DNA from: Antedon mediterranea
Lineage: Eukaryota > Animalia > Echinodermata
Direction: 5' to 3'
DNA length: 64,000 nucleotides
NCBI RefSeq assembly: GCF_964355755.1
Contig: NC_092675.1
Coordinates: 30,414,912 to 30,478,911 of the forward strand
In this document: piece after piece, positions 12,601 to 24,106 of the stretch
Layout of the letters: the number at the start of each line of letters is the position of its first letter
Numbering within the stretch: position 1 is the stretch's first letter
Translations under genes and position numbers: made by a program
Notes under the pieces: generated by a model
The model's input: the letters and a program-made list of their open reading frames with translations, nothing else
Database searches by the model: none
Told to the model about the DNA's origin: nothing

Positions 12601-15306
12601 TAATATGAAAATGAGAAAAACATTGATTAATGCTCACCTATCTGGCAGTCGTTGCCACCCCATCCATCTTCACAGTTTCCACTATTACAGTAACCCGTAT
12701 TTTTATCACATGAGTATGACGTTGCACAGTGACAACTATACTGACAAAATTCACCAAACTTTCCATCAGGGCATGTCACGGGATCTGAAGAAAACAATTA
12801 TGAAAGATGTACTATGGATTTTATCAGTTCAGACTACTGGTTGGAAAGATGTTTTAACTGGCAAATTCAGGATCGAATGTTAAGAAATAAATATTTACCA
12901 AGACATTTGTTTCCCTCAAATGCGTTGATACATGTAGCAGCTCCACCTAAACATCCTCTTGAGTTGTCACAATTTGAACTGCAGCGACATTCTTGACTAC
13001 ACCCTGCACCGTATCTAGTCCCTGCACATGCTATTTTAAATAAATCAAAATAATAAGTAACTTTTATATCATGACTTGTAGCATTACTATTTAAAGTAAT
13101 ATTTTAAAGACAAACATACGACACACCTTGCTCACATGTATCACCATGGAAACCTGCATTACACGAACATCCAGCAGGATCTGGAGGACACAACATGTTT
13201 CCTGTGCATGATCCGCCGGTCGCGCACTTAATGCCGCATGTCCGGCCCCAGAGATTGTTTCCACATCCTGAAAAATAATAATGTTAGTTTACAACATTCA
13301 GTATTTTAAATGTAACTTATAAAAAAGTGCAATTCAGTTTAATAATAAAATGAAATTGGAATATGATTTTTTTATTTGGTTAGTCAGATTTTATACCAAA
13401 CGCTGACGCAAACATTTTGACAAATCGTGGACATATCGTATTTAACATTTTAATCTGAAACTTACTTTTTGTTGTCATAAGGTCAGTATCTGGCTTAGAA
13501 ATATTCCATTCATCAACCAAAAAAGTTTCAAATTGTTTCCATTTTGAAAGAAGGTAGGGGTGTGTGTAACTTGAGTTATTTTAGATTTGAGTGGTGCGTT
13601 TGGTTTAACAATTTATAAAATTATCCCTTCAAATACTCAATACAGTTTCCAGCAAAAATGTATAATAATTTTATCTGATTTAACTTCAATTCCATAATGA
13701 AATACTGGAATACTATAATATAGTGTAAATTCCAAATTCAAAATACCTTCAGAACAATCAGAACCTTTAAATCCTGGTGGACATACACATAATCCAGTCA
13801 CGTGATCACATATTCCTCCATTATAACAAACTGGACAATTGTCTTTACACTGTGGTCCATGTTTTCTTGTAGGACAACCTTCAGTAAAATAACACGACTT
13901 TATAATATGTTATAATATGTTCTGCTTTTTATACCAGTATCTTGAAAATAGTCTATTTACAAATTATAGAGATAGACGGATATTAAAACATATTTTTTAA
14001 CCCTAACCAATGCAATACAAATATCATTGACCCACCTCTGACAATCAATCTCATCATTGCATGTTTTCCGTTTCTTTCTTTGTAACATTCATATATTCCA
14101 GCATCACTTGTTCTGATATTATTAATAGTCAATGTATCTTTACCATTGCCTTCTGGTATGTCAACGTTGTTTAATTTCCATTTTAATTCTGATACACTGA
14201 TTGTGGTACGGACTTGTAAAGTCACGTGATCACCAATACTGGCTGTAATAAATCGTTGGATTGGAGTGACGTCAGCTAAAGAAATTTGATTTTAAAATTA
14301 AACAATTTGTATTAAAAGGTAAAGGTAAGAAACCCCAACCTTCTTCAGATCTATTGACCACGTTTAACCACTTTTCCCCGTTTTTTTTTTTGCAGATAAA
14401 AATCAGATAATTATCGTAGGCTGGTGTGGTGTAAAATAAAGATAATACTCTTCAAATCACAAATCTATAATGGTTATTAATGTGGTGTTTTCCTAACTTT
14501 ACTAAACATGTAAATATCAAAGTTGTAATGGTAATATCAAAATATCATTACTCAACATTGTTATGTTACTAAAGTAAAAATGGTGTATTAAAAAGAATGA
14601 CATCCAGAATTTCCCTTATTTAAATTGAGAAATACAACTTACCATTTTCAGGTAATATGATGATAGATATATCTTGTGATCTTGAATCTTTTGTAGCAGT
14701 CGCGAAGAAAGCGCCAACTTTTTCAGCACCCGATCCTGCATTGATTCTAACACGTAATGCGCTATATTCAGTTGTATCTTTTTGCTGTACTGTCGATCCT
14801 GTGGGGAACATGGTACCAGAAGGTACAGGTGCAGGCGTGTTTCCAGGTGCGTTAGCATCGTACCATGTTACAGGTCTTCCTTGTAACCCAGTGCCTGTGT
14901 CAACCTCTCTTCCAAGTGATATGTCTTGCGTTTTATCTGGTGTGCCAGCATAACCTCCAAATCTTGGTCCTATAGTTATTTCTTCAATGTCAACAGTTGG
15001 GTTGTCACACCACATAGTAAAATCAAGGATTTCATCTAAGTTAATTAAAGGAGATGATTATTGGTTGTGTGTGTGTGTGAATTATTTAGATTTACTGAAT
15101 ATAATAGATCGATATTCTATCAACAGAGGAAATAAAATACCATTTTGCAATTCATAACTTTACACTTTTAAAAATATTCTTTACACTATTAGGCTATTTG
15201 CTTGTCTAGCCTCTTTTATAATATAATTACATTGCTTACCTGATTGTACTTTACAAAACAAGACTAGGATAAACATGTTCACACGAATAACGTCTAACGT
15301 TAACAT
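3675..15306 (-). CDS. Gene A: multi-exon RPTP-like pseudophosphatase; SP, N-terminal Ig-like, Ig, 4 EGF-rich exons, 4 FN3, TM, degenerate PTP D1 and D2
   Basis: GT-AG exons spliced in frame: SP 15240-15306; N-domain 14643-15035; Ig 14036-14275; EGF 13747-13878, 13127-13267, 12899-13030, 12638-12784; FN3 11855-12160, 11681-11748+11260-11485, 10482-10778, 9961-10251; TM 9421-9517 (VFVWCIVGLLTSCVVILIIVVVLQKLHYKRKR); 9166-9203; 8659-8810; D1 8400-8471, 8223-8253, 7947-8032, 7079-7210, 6799-6953, 6530-6665, 6239-6388; D2 5943-5994, 5763-5837, 5521-5637, 5211-5324, 4798-4958, 4196-4328; last exon 3675-3752 ends SCDIYESVQ*. Confidence 0.88.
3923..4080. mobile_element. MITE-like inverted repeat in last intron of gene A
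   Basis: ~45-bp arms: CCACCTCATAAGACCATACGCAAGCACGAAGACAATATTGGGGTT and AACCCCAATATTGTCTCCGTGCTTGCGTATGATCTTTTGAGATGG. Confidence 0.65.
7329..7595 (+). mobile_element. tRNA-derived SINE with poly(A) tail
   Basis: A-box-like TGGCTTGGTGG, B-box GGTTCAAGTCC, unrelated body, A-run at ~7572-7595. Confidence 0.6.
7597..7865 (+). mobile_element. tRNA-derived SINE with Nin-domain-like core
   Basis: TGGCTAAGCGG A-box, degenerate B-box, core GACTATAAACCG...GAGTAGGGGGTTACCCCGGTG, CATT-type tail. Confidence 0.55.
9558..9865 (-). mobile_element. tRNA-derived SINE with Deu-domain-like core and L2-like 3' tail
   Basis: Minus strand: GTGGCACAGTG...GGTTCGAATCC head, GCCTCTCTTCACCCAGG core, tail AGCGCTTAGAG...AAGCGCTATATAAAT followed by (ATT)n. 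A related copy is at ~48700-48850. Confidence 0.65.
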
Positions 15307-15396
15307 GCTTGTCAATTGCTTACACTTCTAAATAAATAACTCCTTCGTTTCATAGACCAGATTTCATGGATTCAGTAGGCCTATTAGTAGAGCTAC

Positions 15397-15417
15397 GAAA
15401 TGAAACACGGAAATGAT
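15397..15417. promoter_or_regulatory. Conserved proximal promoter motif (IRF/ETS composite-like), gene A
   Basis: Identical to 1125-1145; about 90 bp upstream of the ATG at 15306. Confidence 0.5.
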
Positions 15418-15504
15418 TTCGGACTTTTGAACAAAGTGAATACCATTGTCAACAACATGACAAAAAAAAACAGGAAGCATTTTGGTTTTATTTTAGGCGG
15501 CAAT

Positions 15505-16220
15505 CAGAGAGCAACTGGTAGCGCAGTCGGTTATGTATTGTGCGCTAAACGGTGATGTACCATAGGTTTCATTTGGTTCACCGCTGTTCAAATTCCATCG
15601 TCGCTCTCTATGTGTTCGAACTGCTGGCGCGGATTGGAATACGTGTAGATATTCGCACAGTCTTTCTAATGAACGGCTCATGTGCATATTAAAGAACACA
15701 TTACAATCCTAAGCGTAGTTCCCACCGCGACGTATTGACGCAAAGTGTATTGCGTAATCCCAATTAAAGCTTGGTTCCCACTAGAACGTAACGCAAGGAC
15801 GTAAACGCAACGCAAACGTTTTAACCAATGACAAGCGAAGTCATAGACAGTTAGCAATCACAAGCGAATAAGCCATCGCTTGTGATTGGTCAATTCACTT
15901 GCGTTGCGTTACGTCCTTGCGTTGCGTCGCTCGTGGAAACCACGCTTAAGTGGGAACCGAAGACGCAAAAGTGCTGCAAAAATCGCTTTGATTTGAGGTT
16001 TGATTTCACGCAGGCGGGGGGCTTATGTTGCGTAGGTTGCGTTACGTTGCTTTGCTAGTGGGAACCAAGCTTTAAAAAATAGTAGGCATGGGATCATCTC
16101 CTGGTGTAATAATAATAAGGAAATCATATATTTGGTGTACTGCTCAATTCATCACAAGAAAAACTCGCAGGAAACAAGAAGTCTAAGGATTTGATGGGTC
16201 ATTCTTGATGTACAACAAAT
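15505..16220 (+). mobile_element. tRNA-derived SINE upstream of gene A, split by nested MITEs
   Basis: Head GGTAGCGCAGTCGG...GTTCAAATTCC; homology to 1335-1605 resumes after 16075 (GGGAT...CTCC.GGTGTA, AAGTCTAAGGA, ATGTACAACA). Confidence 0.55.
15712..16071. mobile_element. Nested PIF/Harbinger (Tourist-like) MITEs; inner element 15768-15946
   Basis: Terminal inverted repeats AGCTTGGTTCCCACTAG / GTGGGAACCAAGCT. Inner copy is flanked by TAA/TAA. Same family as 45468-45626. Confidence 0.75.
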
Positions 16221-16832
16221 CATATACGCTTCACAGGACAGACGCAATAAATAAAAAGAACGCTCGACTGTGAAGCTCACGGATTTCGAAGCATTGTAGA
16301 TAACTCGCATAATTTTCCCTGATACCCTCATTTATTTTAGTTCAACCTTAATGTCATCATAATCTGTCTTTGACCTGATTATTACAACTTATCCCTTTTA
16401 TTTCCGAACCCCTCTGCTACATTTTCAATCTTTGTTTTGTAAATGGCACCTTTCCTGACACCCTTAAACTAGCTAAAGTAACTCCTATTTTTAAAACTGG
16501 TGACAAATCTGATTCCAGTAATTACCGTCCTATATCAGTGCTACCGATCTTTTCCAAAATACTTGAACGCCTTATTTATGATCGAACATACAATTATCTT
16601 CAAAAAAATAGTATACTTTACAATAAACAATTTGGCTTTCGTAAGAACTATAATACATCCACCGCACTTCTTCAATTAACAAATGAAATTGTTGGGGCTT
16701 TCGAGAGGGGTGAATTTGCCATTGGTATTTTCATTGACCTCTCGAAGGCCTTTGATACAATTGATCACGATATTTTATTATATAAGTTACATACTTATGG
16801 AATCCGTGGCCCTGTATATAATTTATTCAAAA

Positions 16833-17080
16833 AAAAATCAAGATCAAATAAGTTAAAACTGCCTCAATATAGATTTATTTTAACGACATGTTTCGGGCAT
16901 AGCCCATCATCAGGTGAAAAGAATTGTAACAAAGGATAACATATATAAGTCACAAAATTACATAATAAAACAAATCAACCAATCAAAAATGTTAACAAAC
17001 AAAAGGCATAGTTATAAAGGCACGCCTCCAAAAGCTATGGTGTACAAAGCAGGAATGGTTGCTTATAAAGCAGGAAATTT
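16833..17080 (-). mobile_element. Penelope-like terminal-repeat fragment inserted in the LINE
   Basis: Flanked by direct repeat TAATTTATTCAAAA (16819 and 17081). Removing it rejoins ...GPVYNLFK|SYLSNRKQ. Contains a hammerhead motif followed by AATAAA. Confidence 0.65.
16878..16920 (-). ncRNA. Minimal type I hammerhead ribozyme-like motif
   Basis: Minus strand TTTTCAC-CTGATGA-T-GGGC-TAT-GCCC-GAAAC-AT-GTC-GTTAAAA: both conserved core boxes, stem II, palindromic ACATGT stem III, GUC cleavage triplet, imperfect stem I. Confidence 0.7.
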
Positions 17081-20000
17081 TAATTTATTCAAAAGCTACC
17101 TTTCAAACCGCAAGCAATGCACTAAATTTAAACACACCCTTTCTGATTTTCTTCCTATTATTTGTGGAGTCCCTCAAGGTTCCCTGCTTGGGCCTCTATT
17201 ATTTTTATTATACATAAATGATATCCATAATGCCTCAAATATGTTTTCTTTTCTGTTGTATGCTGATGACACAACCCTTATTTACACTGATAAAAATATA
17301 GATTCCCTTTTTAAAATATCAACCGAAAATCTACCCAAAATTTTAACATACTTTTCTGCAAACAAACTTTCTGTTAATCTAAAAAAGTGCTGTTGTATGG
17401 TGTTCAAAAATTCACAAATACCACTAAATACTAGTACTTTTAAACTAAAAATTAAAGATCAATTAATACCTATTGTTGAGAAAACTAAATTTCTTGGTGT
17501 TTATCTGGACTGTAAGCTAAATTGGAAACATCAGATTACTCAAGTCGAAAACAAAATATCCAAAAGTTCTGGTATCATATATAGATTATCATCTTTCATC
17601 CCTCAAAACATACTCCGGATTCTTTACTGTTCACTAATCCTCCCTTACCTCACTTACTGTAATATTATTTGGGGTAATACATACCCGTCCTACTTAAACA
17701 AACTGTTATTGATCCAAAAGAAAACCGTAAGATACATAGCAAATGCTCCTCCTTTATCCCATTCCAATCCTTTATTTTCTTCATTTGGTCTTCTTAAAAT
17801 TCAGGATATTAACCATCTTCAACAAAGTGTTTTCCTCTATTCATGGCTAAACTCGATCCTGCCATCACACTTTAATGATTTATTTAGTTTCAATCTTAAT
17901 TTTCATAACCACAGTACTCGGAGCGCAAATCAAATACGTATTCCTTTTTTTAAAACTACTTCTTTTAAACATAGCATTAAGTTCACTGGTCCTAAACTTT
18001 GGGATAACGTACCAGTTAATATAAAAAGTGCTTTGTCTAAGAAGAGTTTTTCTTTTAAATTGAAACGGCACCTCTTATCTAGTTATGTTTAATTATCCTT
18101 TCACTCATTGTAGTTTTGATATTTAGTCTTTTCGGTACCCTGAATCTAAAAGTCTTCATTACTGTTTTTGTCCTGTTTCCGGTTCCCGTTTTGTCCTGTT
18201 TTTTTTTTTTTCATTTTCTATGGGCTGCCTTATACAAGCTTTGCTTTTTAGGAATGTTGCCCCTCTTATTTCAATAATTTTTACTGCTAATTTTTATTTT
18301 CTATGAAAGACAAGAGAAATAAATGTTACTTTGATTGATATAGTTATACAGACATAGCAAATAAGGCTAAATTTATTCTCAAATATTAGGCAATCCAATT
18401 AGTTAATATTTATAATAACGAAATTATGTTTTCAATAATATTGATAATTGTAATTATAAGGACGAAAATACAACTGCATTTAACTATAGGCCTAAGGAAA
18501 ACTATTACTCAGAGTCGAATATGTTATAACTGTTGAAAGATCGAGGGCGTGTTTAATCATTCAATGATTATTCAACTTGCTCAAGAAATTTATTTTATTT
18601 CAGTGATAATGAAAGCCCATAGTCCAGATAATGATTGATTATCAGCCTTGTGACTAGACTACCATGTGTAAAAAAAGTTATTTAAAAAAAACATTTTAGG
18701 TACATATTACATGGAAAATATCTTGAGAAAATTGAGAAAATATCTAAGCTCAACCAGGAACTCGGGTGTTGAGCTTTGGGGCGGATTTATTTACATAATT
18801 AGGTCATTCATTGGTACGACGAGACATACTTTAACAAACAGTGTGAGATAGATAATAATAATATAAATATTTGTCCAACAATAACAGGAACTATTCGCTA
18901 ATAAACGAGTATTGGTTTCAGAATGCATATTTTTTTAATCGTAGGTTAGAGAGAGTTCCAGATTGGATCATGGATTCCGCGATATATGGAGATATAGAAG
19001 TGGAGTTGAAGTTGAATTAAATTTCACATTATTATTATTATATCTCATGTAACTCTTCAGGGTTACAACTTTTTTTAATGAAATGTTTCAGTAATTCAGA
19101 AAGCAATAATTCCGATGGCGAAGCGAAACAATTAAACCAACGACTAAAGCTACATTAATCTTACAACAGTGTATAGTAATTATCTAATTATTTTTTGTCA
19201 ATAAAACTTTAATTATGCTTTATTTTACTGATCAAATTAATTTACCTAAATATTGTTATGTCTTTGTGCCATGTGTCCTCACAAATCTTGTTTTACTGTT
19301 TAATTCCATTATATGTTATGTTGGGTTAACAGCTAAACTTGAACTTTAAATCTTTAAACGCAAATGTTATGTTGTCCTCCACGTAACCCCGACAAAAACA
19401 CTTCCTGGTACACTCCTTATCCGTTCTTATGTAATAATTGTTTTCAAGAATTGCAAGAACTAGATGGTACGCTCGCTTCGCTCGCGTACCATCTAGGTCG
19501 TGCCCACAGATGGTTCTCGAATACACAGTAATTTCAGCGTAACAAAACTGGCGATTTCAAATGTACGTACCGCAGGACTATATACATTGTCGTTTACAGA
19601 AACGAATAAATAGACACGATGATTTATGTAGTCAACTAAAATTAGCACCCTGGGAATTACTTCCGAAGGAGAAACTTATCACAAAATGAGTCAAAGTTTT
19701 TGATTTGGACTCATTTAAAGAAACCCAATTTGTGTTTTGTATGTAACATTAGGGTTCAGGGATGGGAAAGCGGATAGGTACAAAGAGGAACAATTTTTAA
19801 ATATATTCTTTATCCACTCAGTAACGAAATATTGTTTTAATGTTTTATAGGCCTATAAATAATACACAGTAAAGTAAGTATACAGTAAAACATTTGCGAT
19901 TTAATACTTTTTTTATTTTATTTATTTATTTATTTATTTCTTTTAAATAATCATTGTACACTAATTTTCCCCGTGTATGGCAAGAGATTCATAATTATAT

Positions 20001-21294
20001 TAGAGAACATTCTTTATTTAGTTTAGTTAAAACTGTCACTGTCATAATCGATTGAAATATTAAAGTACCATGTCACGATACACCACTACGACGTTTATAT
20101 TTGGTAATTATTAATTAATACAAACGTTGAGAAAGAACTGTCAGTATAAAGTTTATTTGTATATAATAATGTGTTTATATATCTAACAGTAGAGCCTATC
20201 CACAATCTCGCAAGTTTATTCTCAAAGGGCCCATATATTTACCTACCGTATGTGTTAAACCAAGGGCTCATAAATTTACCTACAGTACTTGTGTTAAACC
20301 AAACTCTGGCAGACTGAGAGATTGGGATGTTCCATTCATCGCAAATCAACAGATTTGTATAATCGTATATTAAATCTATCAAAATAGTATTTTTTAAAGA
20401 AAATCGGCCTGTCTTCAACATTATGATGGTGTACTCTAGCTGTTCAACCGGTTTTCAGCTATTAAAAACAATTATCGTAGGAGGAGATAGGAAAATGCGA
20501 AGCCTCCTCGCATTTTTGTGGCGGGTATTTTTCAAGATGGACATCCATTAGACAGTGTATACCACGGTCGGAAAACACCTCTATTTGGGGCAAATCGTTG
20601 AACCTAAATTCGTTTTAATCGTCAATAACTAATTATCTAACTTATATTAATTAGTAAACAGGGTTACATCAGGTGGTTAAAATCAGTACCGAAAGTACGA
20701 ACCAACTTTATATACCATCGAGTAAAAATTATAGAAGTAAGGCGCGATTTACCGAATTTTGCCCTTACGTAAATTTATATATAGATAAAGCGATATGCTC
20801 TGTGATTGGTCGTTTGATTCCAGAGATTATTTACGTATGATTCTTAATGTGTTGGTATTAGTGTATCCACCTTGTGCATTTGAGTAGTAGTAGTAAGTGT
20901 CATCAGTGTTTTGTGCAAAGTTATAATTCCCTTGTTTACTTTTTACCATAATGATCTTTCAGTTATTAAGTTATACTTCCTCATTCTTCCCTGGTGGTCT
21001 TAGTTAATTACAGTATGCCATATCATTCAATGTATGTACATAAATCCCATTAAATTATTATAAATTATTATGGAACATTTCTCCCGTCTCCATCCCCTCT
21101 CACGCAATCCCTGAGTCCAATCATTCCAATTCACACCAAACAATATCCTGCGTACGGGCTAGAATTGTATAATTGTAATGATCAATTCATTTCCAAATAA
21201 ACACTTTCCTATACATTATGTTATTACAAAATAAATATTCTTTATACCTGAAGATGAACACAAAGGCCTACAGTTTGAAATAAAGAATTCTCTA

Positions 21295-21372
21295 ATGGCT
21301 TGTCACCTTTTTGGAATTTTTTTTCATAATATCTTCATGTACTTTTTTGTTCTGGTCTATATAATCATACAA
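21295..21372 (+). CDS. Candidate first (signal peptide) exon of gene B
   Basis: MACHLFGIFFHNIFMYFFVLVYIIIQ followed by a perfect GTAAGT donor. It ends in phase 0 while exon 24107 needs phase 1, so an unseen small exon would be required. Confidence 0.3.
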
Positions 21373-22431
21373 GTAAGTTGTATTAATTAGTTTTATCATA
21401 TTTATAGTTTCATTATTCGAAATAAATATCATTATATATTGTTATTCATGCTGGTAATGGATTGAAATGATACATTTTACCCTGTTGAATTGTGGTGTAT
21501 TAGTTCCTGGTTATACTCTACATACTGATGTATGTCTATGCGCTTATCACACCCTTAACTATATTCACTGTTTGAATAGCCTTAACCTAACTCGGTTCAA
21601 AAGTCCGTAAACACAGACGAAGAGGAAATAATTGTGTTCCTTGTTTCATTTGTTAGTGGATAGATGCAATAGGAATGAGGATATCTATGTTTGTCTAAAA
21701 TGTATAGATACAAGTATATTTAATGAGTTTGAAAATAACGGATAGAATTGTGAGAAACTACAACTATCATGAGCCAAATGTCAATATTCAGGGATATTCG
21801 TGTGAACATTTCCATCCTAACTTTAATCGTGTTTGTTACGGTAAGATCAGGTAAGCAACTCGAGTAGTTATGTAATGGTTGTCAAATGTTGGCAAAGAAT
21901 ACTTTGTAATGACAATGTCAGTGAAATGTTGAATTGGTAGGAACGTATTAGCTTCAGGCTCTATATAATGCCGAATGCGCTCAATGGTCCTGGACAGTTT
22001 AAAGGAATATAGTTGTTTAGTTCCTTCTGATTTCCATATTTTAATCGATTGGATATTTGTTCTCCTTTCATACGTTTCTATGTACATGTACGCGTTTTAT
22101 GGATTAATTATTTGGTGTAAATTTACCCGTTTGTTTAAATCAGTTATAATAACACCATAGATTTACCCGAATAGTAGGTTAACGGGTATAGGCCCCACTC
22201 TATTATCCACGTAACGCACTTAAAGGAGCATAGTACCAATACTACAATTATTAACATTATTATAAAAATGCAACAAAATAGAGTGACAGTTGAAATTTAT
22301 CATTTTTAAAATATTATATAGAGAGTAGAGTATTTTGACATTTCAATAATTAAGGACTTGACAGAAAGTTTGCATTATCAATCCTAGTGGGACTCTATCT
22401 ATTTTATTAATAAAACAGGCCTATCATTTTT

Positions 22432-23470
22432 TACCTCCGCCAAGGAGGTATTGTAATCGATCGCGTGTGTTTGTCTGTCTGTCTGTCTGTTTGTTTTTTT
22501 TAGCAGGATTACTCAAAAAGTAATTACAAGATCTTTACCAAAATGAATGTACAGATAGATATGTGGTCAAGGACCACTCCATTAGGACCACGGTCCCAAT
22601 TCTGGACCACTTTTAGTATACTTTTCAGACCTGCTAGTGTTAAAAGATAGGACAGAATTTTTCAAAAGCCGGCGAGCAGTCTTAAAGGCCAGGTGCGGGC
22701 AAAAAATTTATATTGATCATACATTCCAATAATTATCGATCTATAGTTTCCCCTATGTTTCATAATTTTTGGGATTTTATTTGTGTTACAGGAGCTTTTT
22801 AAAAATTAGCACTTTCATATCAGTGGGGGGATGATAGTTCAAATTACACAGTAAAATCTCTATTCTTTTGTACACAAATTTTGAAAATAGAGAGGCATTT
22901 TAAAAAGCTATGAAAAATAAATGGTGTGGTAAAAAATGTTATCAGATGACTAAATATAGGTAATATAATTTGAATTTTACATTTCTGGTATTTTTATTCA
23001 CCCAACTTCAGAATTTTATTTTCATGCTATAGCAAAAATTATCCACCGTATATCCACCATCTTTTTTCACCTTCTAGGGAGTCACCAGACATGTTATTAC
23101 ATTATGTTAACTACCTAACTACTGAAAAAAAGTCTTTCTGTTTTTTTTTTGGCAGAATTTTGCCAAATTTTGTATTTGACCATATTAGGGGAAATTCATG
23201 GTTTTTCATCTTGATTTCTGTTACAAATATTTGATTTATGTACAATTAACAAGATTTTTATATTTAAAATTCATGCTAGTACCTGAGCTTTAAAGTAACA
23301 AGTAAATTGCATTTTCTCGAGAACTACATGTCCAAAAAACTTTATTTTTGTACAAGAGGCAGTTTGTTGTGATTTGTAATTTAAAAACATAATTTGATTA
23401 ATTTACAGGTTTTTTAATACGAGTAGTTTTAAAAAACCTATTTATTTTAAAATTCACCCGTTTGTTTTTG
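22432..23470. mobile_element. Helentron/DINE-like non-autonomous element start plus a second dispersed repeat
   Basis: TTTTACCTCCGCCAAGGAGG hairpin, (GTCT)n microsatellite, TTAGCAGGATTACTCAAAAAG. Segments ~22628-22676 and ~23310-23360 recur inverted at ~48960-49062. Confidence 0.5.
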
Positions 23471-24106
23471 GCTTTGCTGTTCTATTGTTAGTCAACTGAT
23501 ACCATTGTTAGTTGAAAGGGTGGTTACATAACATACTTTCCTTGTTATCACAATTTTTAAATGCCATGGTTCGCAACAACAAAAAACTGGATTTATTACC
23601 ATTTTCGGCGTGTGAAGTGAACACGCAATACAACAATACGCCAACACGATAGCAAATTGTATCATAATAAAGACACGAATAGAATAAAATGAAAGCAAGG
23701 ACAAATAAATATAGCAACAAAAATTAAATAATTGTATCAAATCATCGATCACACTTTTAACTAACCAAGCGCAATTAAACGTTATACAGACATTTCTAGA
23801 ATCATCTCTATCATCGGCTTGCATGGCTTGGCATATACTGTAGTTCAGCATATCTACCACCGAGTAACCTGTATGCAAATTATGCACGAAACAAAAATAC
23901 CACAAACTCGTTCCACAACATGCACCAGGGGCAAAATCACTAATTCCTTATGATTTGGCTTGACTATGGTGATATATGCATATAAATCCGATCACAATTA
24001 TTAATCTATAAATCATGTAGGCCTAATAACCCATCATATATTAATCATTATTCTCTTTTCTATACTTACAAAATAAATTAAGCTGATATGACATTTAACT
24101 TTTTAG

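Larger units (their letters stand above)
16375..18340 (+). mobile_element. 5'-truncated non-LTR retrotransposon (CR1/L2-group) reverse transcriptase region and 3' UTR
   Basis: NYRPISVLPIFSKILERL, QFGFR, DLSKAFDTIDH, GVPQGSLLGPLLF, YADD, KFLGV; stop at 18092. Interrupted by an insertion at 16833-17080. Confidence 0.92.

Noticed and set aside
3675-15306. Calling genes A and C decayed pseudogenes
   Set aside because: The exons I traced keep GT-AG sites and frame, indels are in frame, and the motif changes are shared by both genes. This fits pseudoenzymes better, pending expression data.
16914-17080. N-terminal extension (MKRIVTKD...YKAG) of the 392-aa RT ORF as a novel domain
   Set aside because: It is the antisense read-through of the inserted Penelope-like fragment.
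23492-23905. 137-aa hydrophobic ORF on the minus strand
   Set aside because: Composition fits AT-rich non-coding or repeat DNA; no homology or exon signals recognised.
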